64,000 nucleotides of DNA from an uncultured delta proteobacterium (GTDB lineage Bacteria; Desulfobacterota; RBG-13-43-22), in assembly GCA_963838485.1 (NCBI GenBank), contig CAWIRY010000186.1, positions 6,159-70,158 on the forward strand, in the 5' to 3' direction. Below the pieces are notes generated by a model, which worked only from the letters and a program-made list of their open reading frames with translations, ran no database searches and was not told the DNA's origin. The position numbers were made by a program, and so were the translations under genes. Shown one piece after another: positions 46,248 through 54,995 of the stretch (position 1 is the stretch's first letter; every line of letters starts with the position of its first letter).

Positions 46248-48425
46248 TTGTCCAAAGAAGACAGGCCTCAAAAACCGATCTATTATGAAATCCTCGGCCT
46301 ATTCCTGGGGGCCTTGGGGGTACTGTTGCTGCTAAGCCTCCTTTCCCATCATCCGGCCGACCCGTCTTTCAGTTCTCCTCAAATGACCAACTGGCCGGTA
46401 AAAAACTGGATAGGTAAATTCGGGTCATACCTCTCGTCCTTCCTGTTTGAGTGGTTGGGGCTGGCCTCCTTCTGGCTTTGTTTCATCCTTTTTCAATTAA
46501 CCGGCTTTTCATTTCGCAAGGAACCCCATCCTTCCCCTTCCTGGTACGCCGTCGGGTATCTCCTGGTGATTTTTTCCTTCGCCGGCCTGCTTTCCTCCGG
46601 AGATGAAAATTTTCAATTTTTCGGTTGGAATTTTCCCTGGGGAGGAGTCCTGGGCTATCTGGTCTTTCACCGCCTGGAATTATTGCTAAACCCTCCCGGA
46701 ACCCATATCTTTTTGATCGCCTTGCTGTTGACCGGCTTTATCATTATCACCCGGGTTTCCCTGGCCCGGGTCGGGGAACGGGTTCAGGTCTGGCTCTTTA
46801 GTCATGGGCGCCGTCTGCGGGACGGGGTCCAAAAAAAACGGGAGCGAAAGCGGAAGGCCAACACCCTGCGGGTGGAAATGGAGATCCAAAAGGAAAAAGA
46901 ATCCCGGCCGCCAACCATCGTTCAAACCCAGGTAGTCAAACCGGCCTCACCCCAACCGAGGCCCCAGCCTCAGCAGGAACAATTTGTCTTCATGAAGAAC
47001 CCGGGGGATTTTGAACTGCCCCCCCTTTCCCTGCTGGATACCTACGAGAAAAAGGATCAGGAAATCCAGCAGCAGAGCCTGATCATGAATTCCCGACTCC
47101 TGGAAAAAAAATTAAAGGACTTCGGGGTGGACGGTCAGGTCACCGAGGTCTCCCCGGGACCGGTGGTCACCATGTATGAATTCGAACCGGCCCCTGGAGT
47201 CAAAATAAGCCGGATCACCAATCTTTCCGATGACCTGGCCATGGCCATGCGGGCCGTCAGCATTCGAATCGTCGCCCCTCTTCCGGGAAAATCGGTCATC
47301 GGCATAGAAATTCCCAACAGCCAACGGGAGACAGTCGGTCTGAAGGACATTCTATCCTCTCAGGATTTTTCCGGCTCCAAGGCCAAGCTGACCTTGGCCC
47401 TGGGAAAAGATATCCTGGGCTTCCCGGTGGTCACCAATCTGGCCAGGATGCCCCACCTTTTGATCGCCGGGGCCACCGGTACAGGAAAAAGTGTTTGTTT
47501 GAACGCCTTGATCAGCAGCATCCTCTTTAAGGCCCGGCCAGAAGAGGTCCGTTTTTTCTTTATAGACCCCAAGCGGATTGAACTTTTGCCCTATGAAGGA
47601 ATCCCTCACCTGCTGCATGAGGTGGTTACCGATGCCAAAATGGCCACTCGGGTACTGCGTTGGGCCATCCGCGAGATGGAAGATCGCTACCAGAAGATGG
47701 CTGACAAAGGGGCCCGGAATATCGATACCTACAACCAAAGGCTGCTCAAGGAAAAGAAAGGAACCCCAGAAAGATATCCCGAAGAATGGCTGCCTTATGT
47801 AGTCATTGTCATTGATGAGCTGGCCGATCTGATGCTGGTGTCTTCCCGGGACGTAGAGGAGTACCTGACCCGACTGGCCCAGATGGCCCGGGCCGCCGGG
47901 ATTCATCTGCTTCTGGCTACCCAGCGACCTTCCGTAGATATTCTGACCGGCATTATCAAAGCCAATTTCCCGGCCCGCATATCTTTTCAGGTTTCTTCCA
48001 AAACCGACTCCCGAACCATCCTCGACGCCAATGGGGCCGAGGCCCTCCTTGGGGCCGGGGATATGCTTTTCCTTCCACCGGGGGTCTCCAAATTGCAGCG
48101 CATCCATGGGGCCTTTGTCTCGGAAGCCGAAATCAAACGCTTAACGGAATTCTTAAAGAATCAGAAGCAGGCAGTTTATGATGACACCCTTTTAGCAGTG
48201 GAGGATACAGGACCCGCGGAAACCGATGAAGATATGGACGAGAAATACGAGGCCGCGGTACAGATCGTCAAAGAGACCCGACAGGTTTCCATTTCCATGA
48301 TCCAGCGGAAACTGCGTATCGGCTATAACCGGGCCGCCCGATTAGTCGAGATCATGGAACGGGAAGGGATCGTCAGTTCGGGCGACGGGGGCCGTCCCCG
48401 GGAAGTCCTGATCAAGAATTTTTGA
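46248..48425 (+). CDS. ftsK: DNA translocase FtsK
   Basis: N-terminal TM helices and a Pro/Gln-rich linker. Motor domain with HLLIAGATGTGKS, VVIVIDELADLM and LLATQRPSVD. C-terminal gamma wHTH (..SISMIQRKLRIGYNRAARLVE..). Confidence 0.9.
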   Translation: MSKEDRPQKPIYYEILGLFLGALGVLLLLSLLSHHPADPSFSSPQMTNWPVKNWIGKFGSYLSSFLFEWLGLASFWLCFILFQLTGFSFRKEPHPSPSWYAVGYLLVIFSFAGLLSSGDENFQFFGWNFPWGGVLGYLVFHRLELLLNPPGTHIFLIALLLTGFIIITRVSLARVGERVQVWLFSHGRRLRDGVQKKRERKRKANTLRVEMEIQKEKESRPPTIVQTQVVKPASPQPRPQPQQEQFVFMKNPGDFELPPLSLLDTYEKKDQEIQQQSLIMNSRLLEKKLKDFGVDGQVTEVSPGPVVTMYEFEPAPGVKISRITNLSDDLAMAMRAVSIRIVAPLPGKSVIGIEIPNSQRETVGLKDILSSQDFSGSKAKLTLALGKDILGFPVVTNLARMPHLLIAGATGTGKSVCLNALISSILFKARPEEVRFFFIDPKRIELLPYEGIPHLLHEVVTDAKMATRVLRWAIREMEDRYQKMADKGARNIDTYNQRLLKEKKGTPERYPEEWLPYVVIVIDELADLMLVSSRDVEEYLTRLAQMARAAGIHLLLATQRPSVDILTGIIKANFPARISFQVSSKTDSRTILDANGAEALLGAGDMLFLPPGVSKLQRIHGAFVSEAEIKRLTEFLKNQKQAVYDDTLLAVEDTGPAETDEDMDEKYEAAVQIVKETRQVSISMIQRKLRIGYNRAARLVEIMEREGIVSSGDGGRPREVLIKNF

Positions 48426-48451
48426 TACTTTTATCAGAATAAGGAGTGGCC

Positions 48452-49180
48452 ATGAAAAATAAGAAAAGGCTTTTAAAATGGATGGTCTCAAGTTTCATAG
48501 GAATGGTTTTTCTCTACCCCATTCTTAGCCAGGGGGTGGCTATGGCCCAGGAGAGTGGGGAGTTATCTCTCATCCTGTCCCAATTAAAAGACCGTTTTGC
48601 TTCCTCGAAAACCTTTCAGGCCGATTATATCCGGGAACTGGTGCCTAAAGTGGCCTCTAAGCTGCCCTCTTCTTCTTTCCAGGCCGAAGGGGTGCTTTCT
48701 TTCCGTTCCCCCAATAAACTGAGGATGGACCAGAAAAAACCCCATCCGGAACAATTGATTTGCAACGGCGATAAGGTCTGGTGGTATCTGCCGGAGGAAA
48801 AGGTGGTTAATGTTTACCGGTTAAAGGATTATTATCTGCAGATAAAGCCGATCATCGATTTTCTGTCGGGCCTGGGCAGATTGGACAAGAATTTTTCGGT
48901 TCATTTAGCTAAATCCCTTCCAGAGGAGGCCCCTTTTTACCAACTGACCTTGAAGCCCAAAACACCCCAACCGGACTTGCAGCAGATTCAGGTTCGGGTT
49001 TCCAAAACAACTTTCCTCCCTATCGAATTTTCGTTCGATAACCTGCTGGGAGATGGAACCCGTTTTCGTTTCAGCCGGATGCAGACCGGGTTGTCTTTAG
49101 CCGGGTCCTTTTTTGAGTTTACCCCCCCGAAGGGGACTCAGGTTGTTTCCCAGCCTCCTGTGTTTCCTCCCAAGAAATAG
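48452..49180 (+). CDS. lolA: Outer-membrane lipoprotein carrier LolA-like protein
   Basis: The ATG at 48452 lies 5 nt after aaggag (the ORF track start at 48446 is a GTG). Signal peptide, then ..F.A.F.Q.. and ..G.L.....K.R.. patterns. Its position after ftsK is the classical ftsK-lolA arrangement. Confidence 0.7.
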   Translation: MKNKKRLLKWMVSSFIGMVFLYPILSQGVAMAQESGELSLILSQLKDRFASSKTFQADYIRELVPKVASKLPSSSFQAEGVLSFRSPNKLRMDQKKPHPEQLICNGDKVWWYLPEEKVVNVYRLKDYYLQIKPIIDFLSGLGRLDKNFSVHLAKSLPEEAPFYQLTLKPKTPQPDLQQIQVRVSKTTFLPIEFSFDNLLGDGTRFRFSRMQTGLSLAGSFFEFTPPKGTQVVSQPPVFPPKK

Positions 49181-50717
49181 GAATATAAAAAATCTTAAGT
49201 TGCCGTTTGGGGCCGTCCCGCTGATAGCCGAACAGCCCCTTTAAAAAAGAAAGTTGAAGGGCCTCTTTTTCTTTCACATAAGTAAAAAGAAAACTGACCT
49301 CGACCCTGTTCAGGTCTTTTTGTTTTTGATGATAATACAGGCCCCATAAAAACCTGGAAATCTCTTTGCCCTTTCCGTCCTGGTAGTACTCATAGACCCG
49401 GAAGAGCATCCCGTAATTTCGCTCCAGACCCTCCCAATCGGCCGGCATCAGGTCCGGAAAATAAAAATGCTCCATCCCCCTTCCATCCTCTTCGTAGTGG
49501 AAGAAGGGCCAAAACTTGGTCAGCCTCTCCCAGCGGTCTTCTTTTTTGTAATAAACCTGCTGAAATTTACTGATGTATAAAAACCGGTTCAGGACCTCGT
49601 CCCTGTCTTCGTCTTCTTCCTTTTCCTGAATAAAGATAGGCCAGAACAAAGACATCTTTTCCCGCTGCTCCACTTTGCGATAGGTAAAAAGGGGCCAGAA
49701 TTTAAAGGCCTCTGTATTTTCTCCCCGGGCAAATTGAACGATGGGCCAGGGAAAATCCACCTGATGATAGTTGAAATGGTCCTCGGAGTAAAAATTAAAA
49801 AAAGGCCACAGAAAAATGGTCTTATGTTCGTTGGGACTTTGCTCCGAAAGATAAAGGGGGAATAGATAAAAATAGGTTTTTGGGTAATCGGTATCCAAAT
49901 ATCGCTTTTGGTACTGACCGATGGGCCAGAGGAAAAAGGTCTTTTGATAGGCCCCTCGACCTTCTTGTTTCTCCTGTCCATAAAGCGGCCAAACCCGAAA
50001 CCCCGAACGCTCTCCACCGGAAGTTATGGAAAAAATCGGCCAGAGAAAATTATAGGTTTGGGTTTCCCCTTCCCGGACCCGGGTGTAGAGAGGCCAGAGG
50101 ACAAACTGGATTTCATCCCGGGCGAACCGGCCGCGGAATTCGCCACCGAAGGGAAACACCCCGCCATAGGACTTTCCCTCTTTATCTTTTCCCCAAAAAA
50201 CCGGGAAGAGGTCGACATTATCTTTTTTGTCCTTTTCTTCCTCTTTTTCTTGAGCAGGCGTGAAAGAGGAGTAAAAAGGGATAAAGCGTTTGAGCGTTCC
50301 CTCGGGTGTCTTTCGATATCGCCCCAAAGGATAGAGATATTCCAGGTCTTCGGTCTGTTCTTTTAGATTTTTGCGATAAGAAAAAAAGGGGCGGAAGGTC
50401 CACTCCTTTTCATCAGGGCTTTCGGCCTGGGAGTAAAAAGGCCCGGCCCCGTCCAAACGGCGGCTTTGTTTTTCCTGATCGGTTTGTATATGAAAAAGAG
50501 GAGAGACGTTTTCCGGCTGGAGATCGGAAGAAAGATGGGCACAGCCGGAAGCGGAGAGCAGGAATAAAAAGAAGAGCAATGGGAAAAAGGAAAATGGACC
50601 GTGGCAGCGGGAAAAGGCTTTAAGTTCGGAGTTCGGAGTTCGGAGTTCAGAATCCACTATGGATGGTTTTCCAACGAATCCGCCTCGATGGACACGCTTA
50701 ACTCCGAACGTTACCAT
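49119..50717 (-). CDS. Hypothetical lipoprotein with about 12 repeats of an aromatic-W-P motif (F/L-W-P-[ILF]-[FY])
   Basis: Lipobox LLSASGC. Recurrent FVLWPLY, FLWPIF, RVWPLY, FLWPIG, FLWPFF, FPWPIV, FWPLF, FWPIF and FWPFF spaced about 20-25 aa apart. It is the fourth gene after mlaE-mlaF-mlaD. The start is uncertain, because the ATG at 50717 gives a 59-aa pre-Cys leader that reads through a heptamer repeat. Confidence 0.55.
   Translation of the reverse strand: MVTFGVKRVHRGGFVGKPSIVDSELRTPNSELKAFSRCHGPFSFFPLLFFLFLLSASGCAHLSSDLQPENVSPLFHIQTDQEKQSRRLDGAGPFYSQAESPDEKEWTFRPFFSYRKNLKEQTEDLEYLYPLGRYRKTPEGTLKRFIPFYSSFTPAQEKEEEKDKKDNVDLFPVFWGKDKEGKSYGGVFPFGGEFRGRFARDEIQFVLWPLYTRVREGETQTYNFLWPIFSITSGGERSGFRVWPLYGQEKQEGRGAYQKTFFLWPIGQYQKRYLDTDYPKTYFYLFPLYLSEQSPNEHKTIFLWPFFNFYSEDHFNYHQVDFPWPIVQFARGENTEAFKFWPLFTYRKVEQREKMSLFWPIFIQEKEEDEDRDEVLNRFLYISKFQQVYYKKEDRWERLTKFWPFFHYEEDGRGMEHFYFPDLMPADWEGLERNYGMLFRVYEYYQDGKGKEISRFLWGLYYHQKQKDLNRVEVSFLFTYVKEKEALQLSFLKGLFGYQRDGPKRQLKIFYIPISWEETQEAGKQPESPSGG
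50624..50651. repeat. Tandem heptamer repeat (GTTCGGA x3 plus a variant)
   Basis: gttcgga gttcgga gttcgga gttcaga. A related GGAGT(T)CAGAAT motif recurs as TGAATTCTGACTCC x2 at 60893-60920. Confidence 0.6.
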
Positions 50718-50766
50718 CTTGATCCCTTGACTCTTTGGTTCCTTGACTCCTTGCCCCCTTCCTTTC

Positions 50767-51828
50767 TCACTTAAGGACCGTCCCTAATATGGTTCCTAAA
50801 ATACTCACCGGGACCTGTTCCTGCAGGCCTTCGGTGGCCTTGGTCACGCTTCTCAGGGTATATTTGGTTTCTTTGTACAGGGAGTCGTCATTGACTAATT
50901 TCCCCAAAGTCCCTTCCCCTTGATTGATTTTTTGAGTCGTCTGGTTCAGGTTGGTCGCCGTCTGATCCAGTTTGGTCATGGTATCCTTGGTCTCATTGTA
51001 TAGGGAGTCGTCATTGACCAATTTACCCAGGGTTCCTTGCCCGGAGTCGATTTTATTGGCCACTCTTTCCAAACTGCTCATGGTTTTTTGGGTTTGATTA
51101 TAAAAATCTTCATCTTTGATGAATTTCCCAAGACTTCCCTTCCCTTCATTGATTTGAGCCACGGTGTCTTTTAAACCGGTCACGGTGGTCCGCATGTCGT
51201 TATAAAGGGCATCATCCCGGATCAATTTCCCCATGGTCCCCTCCCCTTGGGAAAGCCCCGTTGCTATACTCCGGATATCCTCGGTGGTTTTTTTGATATT
51301 AAAAAAGGTTTCTTTCAGATTGTTTTTTCCTTCTTCGGTGCCCAGGATATCACCTATGTTTTTTGTAACCTTGGAGATATCCTCCATGGCCGGCTTTGCC
51401 TTGGCCAGGATATCATCCAACTCGACCGTCGACCGGCTCCGGCTGATGAGCCCGCCTCCCTTAAGAAGCTGGGCTGTGGCCCTTCCCGGTATAATTTCAA
51501 TAAATTTATCCCCTAATACTCCCTGGGATTTGATTATGGCCTGGGCGTCTGCATATATGGGAACCTCTTTGCGGATGGTCATGGTCACCTGGGCCCGCCC
51601 ATCCTTTAAGGCAATGTCTTTAACCTGGCCGACTTCAATGCCGGCGATCTGGATCGGGCTGTTTTTAACTAAGCCGGAAACAGAATCAAAAGAGACCGTC
51701 AATGTATAGCCCTCAATTGTTTTAAATTTTGTCTTATTGACCCTTAAGACCATATATCCAAGGACCACCAGGCCGATAAAGACAAATATCCCTACCTTGA
51801 CCTCAATCCCTATTCCTTTTCTTTCCAT
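50767..51828 (-). CDS. mlaD: MCE/MlaD-family protein with a long repeat-containing C-terminal extension
   Basis: N-terminal TM segment and an MCE domain (..YTLTVSFDSVSGLVKNSPIQIAGIEVGQV..). The C-terminus has four repeats of 34-41 aa of the form G-x-G-[TS]-[LM]-GK-[LF]-x-x-D-[DE]-x-[LF]-Y. Confidence 0.85.
   Translation of the reverse strand: MERKGIGIEVKVGIFVFIGLVVLGYMVLRVNKTKFKTIEGYTLTVSFDSVSGLVKNSPIQIAGIEVGQVKDIALKDGRAQVTMTIRKEVPIYADAQAIIKSQGVLGDKFIEIIPGRATAQLLKGGGLISRSRSTVELDDILAKAKPAMEDISKVTKNIGDILGTEEGKNNLKETFFNIKKTTEDIRSIATGLSQGEGTMGKLIRDDALYNDMRTTVTGLKDTVAQINEGKGSLGKFIKDEDFYNQTQKTMSSLERVANKIDSGQGTLGKLVNDDSLYNETKDTMTKLDQTATNLNQTTQKINQGEGTLGKLVNDDSLYKETKYTLRSVTKATEGLQEQVPVSILGTILGTVLK
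50827..51246 (-). repeat. Intragenic tandem repeats (about 102-123 nt units) encoding the MlaD C-terminal GxLGKLxxDDxLY modules
   Basis: Four copies are visible at the protein level, from GEGTMGKLIRDDALYN.. to GEGTLGKLVNDDSLYKETK. They are also visible at the DNA level, for example ggagtcgtcattgac(t/c)aattt(c/a)ccc at 50880 and 51005. Confidence 0.7.
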
Positions 51829-51838
51829 CTTTCCTCCT

Positions 51839-52588
51839 TCATGGTTCAGCAGCCTGTTCCGGGATGCGACCCAACAAAAAATCCTGAACTAATTTATTGG
51901 TTGATTGACGAAAGACCTCCGGGGGTCCTTGCTCAATGATTTTCCCTTCATAGAGCATGGCGATGTTATGGGCAATTCGGAAGACGCTCTGGATATCATG
52001 GCTGATGACCACGCAGGTCAACTGAAATCGTTTCTGGGTGTCTATGACCAACTGGTCGATCGAAGCGGTCATGATGGGGTCCAGGCCGGTAGTCGGTTCA
52101 TCAAAGAGCATTATGTCCGGTTCCAAGGCAATGGCCCGGGCCAAGGCCACCCTTTTTCGCATACCGCCGCTTAATTCCGAAGGCATTTTTTCTTCAATAC
52201 CCGACAGCCCCACCAAAGCCAATTTTTCAGCCACGACTTTGGTAATTTCGGAATGGGACGACATTTTATGGTGTTCCCGAAGGGGAAAGGCCACGTTCTC
52301 TCCGACGGTCATGGAATCAAAGAGGGCCCCTTCCTGGAAGAGCATACCGAACCGTCTTCGAATCCGGTAAAGGTCCCTTTCCCGTAAGCGGTTGATTTCT
52401 TCATCGTCGATCCAAATCTCGCCGCTGTCCGGACGGATGAGCCCGATGATGTGTTTAAGCAGGACGCTCTTGCCCCCGCCGCTGCGCCCGATAATCACGG
52501 TCGTTTCCCCGGTGGGGATGGTCAGGTTCAGGTCCTTAAGGACCTCTTGACTTCTAAAGGATTTATTCAAATTGATCAGTCGGATCAT
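51839..52588 (-). CDS. mlaF: ABC transporter ATP-binding protein (MlaF type)
   Basis: Walker A GRSGGGKS, signature LSGGMRKRVALARA, Walker B IMLFDEPT. Confidence 0.9.
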   Translation of the reverse strand: MIRLINLNKSFRSQEVLKDLNLTIPTGETTVIIGRSGGGKSVLLKHIIGLIRPDSGEIWIDDEEINRLRERDLYRIRRRFGMLFQEGALFDSMTVGENVAFPLREHHKMSSHSEITKVVAEKLALVGLSGIEEKMPSELSGGMRKRVALARAIALEPDIMLFDEPTTGLDPIMTASIDQLVIDTQKRFQLTCVVISHDIQSVFRIAHNIAMLYEGKIIEQGPPEVFRQSTNKLVQDFLLGRIPEQAAEP

Positions 52589-52593
52589 TGTTT

Positions 52594-53388
52594 TTAAAAC
52601 AACAGCGATGTGATGACATAAGTGCCGATCAAGATAGACACCGAGGAGATAACCACCGCCTCGGTTGTGGCCCGGCCCACCCCTTCGGCACCGCCGTAAG
52701 TATAGTATCCCTTGTAGCAGCCGATCAAGGTCAGGAACAATCCAAAAAAGACCGACTTGACCATTCCCTGGACCAGGTCGCCCATTTCCACCATATTGGT
52801 CATCTTGCTGATAAATACACCGGAATTGATGTTCAGCAGGATGACTCCGACGAAATAGCCGCCAATAATCCCTACCAGTATATTTATGGCCGTCAGCAAA
52901 GGCACCACCAGGACCCCGGCCCAGATTCTGGGGACCACCAGATAATGAACGGAATTGATGGCCATAATCTCCAGGGCGTCAATCTGCTCGGTAACTCGCA
53001 TGGTCCCCAACTCCGCGGCAATAGCCGAACCGGCCCGGGCGGTGACCATGAGAGCGGTCATCACCGGCCCCATCTCCCGCAATAAGGATAAGGCTACGAT
53101 TCCTCCCATCAGGCTTTCTCCGCCGAATTTTTTAAAGCCGTGATAACTTTGAAGAGCCAGGACCATACCGGAAAAAACACCGGTCAGGACGACGATGAAG
53201 AGGGATTTGACCCCGATAAATTCCATTTGCTTGATGAGATTTCTGAACCGAAAAGGGGGAACAAAAGTCCAGGCGATGCTCCGGATGAACATCAGCAGGA
53301 TCTCGCCCATTTCAGACATAAAGGAAAGGACTCGGGTTCCAATTAGAAAAAAGAATCGATTAATCACAGCGCCCTGTTTTTCAGCCAA
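52594..53388 (-). CDS. mlaE: ABC transporter permease (MlaE type)
   Basis: 264-aa multi-TM protein. The ..REMGPVMTALMVTARAGSAIAAELGTMRVTEQIDALE.. motif is characteristic of MlaE/Ttg2B. Confidence 0.9.
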   Translation of the reverse strand: MAEKQGAVINRFFFLIGTRVLSFMSEMGEILLMFIRSIAWTFVPPFRFRNLIKQMEFIGVKSLFIVVLTGVFSGMVLALQSYHGFKKFGGESLMGGIVALSLLREMGPVMTALMVTARAGSAIAAELGTMRVTEQIDALEIMAINSVHYLVVPRIWAGVLVVPLLTAINILVGIIGGYFVGVILLNINSGVFISKMTNMVEMGDLVQGMVKSVFFGLFLTLIGCYKGYYTYGGAEGVGRATTEAVVISSVSILIGTYVITSLLF

Positions 53389-53587
53389 ATATTATCAAAT
53401 ATTCCATTCTTAATAAGCCCAAAAGGAAGCAAGAAGTCAAGAAAAAATAAACCCTAAAAAAATGCCGCAATTCATCTTAATCCTGGCGGTCCCGGGGCAA
53501 ATTTGTTATATTAATAAAATAATTTACACCCCACCCCTCTGCCCTCCCCCTCTGAGGGAGGCGGGAGGGAAATTTTAATGGGGCGTG

Positions 53588-53723
53588 GCGCCCGCATCAA
53601 GCGGGCATGAGGGTTTATTAACCGTCTTATTGTAGTATCGACCAGTCCTTTCGCCAATGACTTCAGAAAAAGCAGCCTCGCCTGCTGGAGTTGAGTAGTT
53701 ATTATTATGAGACGGTTAATAAA
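53588..53723. repeat. Intergenic palindromic repeat: an R3-type hairpin plus a TTTATTAACCGTCT inverted pair
   Basis: GCGCCCGCatcaaGCGGGCAT+GAGGG (53588-53613) resembles 7005-7025. TTTATTAACCGTCTTAT (53614-53630) is inverted at ATGAGACGGTTAATAAA (53707-53723). Confidence 0.55.
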
Positions 53724-53755
53724 ATGGGAAGTTAAAAAAGACTAAAGGATAGACC

Positions 53756-54391
53756 ATGAACGGCGTGATCGTAGTCGATATTCAGGGAGATTTTACCCAA
53801 TTAATGGATGGCCCTCTCTCCGTGCCGGGGACCAGTCTGGATTATCTGCACAAGATTAGCAAGGCCATCGATCAGGTAAAGGGTTTGGGAATCCCTCTCT
53901 TCGCCTCTCAGGATTGGCATCCGGCTGACCACATTTCCTTCTATACCAGTCATCCCGGGAAAAAGGCCTTCGATAAAATTTCCCTTCAAGGAAAAGAACA
54001 AATCCTTTGGCCACCGCACTGTGTGCAGGGAACTTCGGGTGCGGATTTATTGATTGATCCGAATTCATTTAAGGCGGTTATCCGGAAAGGATGGGACCCC
54101 TGGCATGACAGTTACTCCTGTTTTCAAGACGACGCAGGACAGGAAACGGAATTGAATGGGATTTTGAAAAGTGAAGGGATTAAAAAGTTGGTTATTTTCG
54201 GCATTGCCACCGACTACTGCGTCCGCTGGACCGCCCTGGATGGATTGGATAGAGGCTATAAAATGGTGGTGATTAAATCCCTCTGTCGGGGGGTTGACCC
54301 GATAACCATTGCCCAGGCCCTGGAAGAAGTCAGGAAAAAGGGGGCCATAATCATCGATGATCTCGAGACCTTCATAGCCCTTCAGTCCTAA
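53756..54391 (+). CDS. pncA: Nicotinamidase/pyrazinamidase (isochorismatase family)
   Basis: ..VIVVDIQGDF.., ..SQDWHPADHISF.., ..LWPPHCVQGT.., ..GIATDYCV.. (catalytic Cys context). Confidence 0.8.
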   Translation: MNGVIVVDIQGDFTQLMDGPLSVPGTSLDYLHKISKAIDQVKGLGIPLFASQDWHPADHISFYTSHPGKKAFDKISLQGKEQILWPPHCVQGTSGADLLIDPNSFKAVIRKGWDPWHDSYSCFQDDAGQETELNGILKSEGIKKLVIFGIATDYCVRWTALDGLDRGYKMVVIKSLCRGVDPITIAQALEEVRKKGAIIIDDLETFIALQS

Positions 54392-54418
54392 TATTGTACC
54401 CGGAAGGCTATTCTCGTT

Positions 54419-54841
54419 TTATGTCATGGCCGCAATAATCCTGGCCCCAAGGGCCTTGATTCTTTCCATGTCCCCGGCCCTGAAGCCGTGACGCACCGCG
54501 ACCTCTTTTTCCCTGAGGGGGACTAAGTGGACATGAAAATGATCGACGATCTGCCCGGCTATCCGTCCGTTAAGCTGATAAACCCGCAAGCCATCCGGTT
54601 TCAGGGATTTTTTGATCGCCAGGGCCACTTTTTGGGCGGTGCGCATGACTGCCGCCAGGGCGCCCTCCTCAATATCAAAAAAAGTGGGGGTGTGGGTTCT
54701 GGGAATAATTAAGCAGTGTCCGTCCGAACTGGGGTTGATATCCATAAAGGCCAAGGTCTGATCATCCTCAAAAAGCTTAACACTGGGAAGCTGATTAGCG
54801 ATAATCTTGCAAAAGGCACATTCCTGAATAGGTTCCATCAT
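54419..54841 (-). CDS. HIT-family (histidine triad) nucleotide hydrolase/transferase
   Basis: ..CAFCKII.. and the histidine triad HFHVHLVP. Confidence 0.85.
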   Translation of the reverse strand: MMEPIQECAFCKIIANQLPSVKLFEDDQTLAFMDINPSSDGHCLIIPRTHTPTFFDIEEGALAAVMRTAQKVALAIKKSLKPDGLRVYQLNGRIAGQIVDHFHVHLVPLREKEVAVRHGFRAGDMERIKALGARIIAAMT

Positions 54842-54995
54842 CTCTCCCTTTTTTTATCGGCCACCCCCATCGGTTACATCAGCTTATCCAATCGCTTCTT
54901 GGTTTCCATGTCCTCGTTAACGGTTCGTTTGATCAGATCGGCCACCGTGAGGGTGTCTTCTCCACGATTTTTTCCGACCAGGATGTTTAAAGGCT

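Noticed and set aside
50624-50651. Short tandem repeats (here and at 60893-60920) as CRISPR arrays.
   Set aside because: The units are 7-14 nt with no spacers. No cas genes or 25-40-nt repeat/spacer periodicity occur anywhere in the window.
54842-54995. An open minus-strand frame after the NMO stop (..FLKPLNILVGKNRGEDTLTVADLIKRTVNEDMETKKRLDKLM*), which could be a frameshifted C-terminal extension of the NMO-like protein.
   Set aside because: I could not show from family knowledge that NMO/FabK proteins carry such a tail, and no unambiguous indel site was identified. It is left unannotated.
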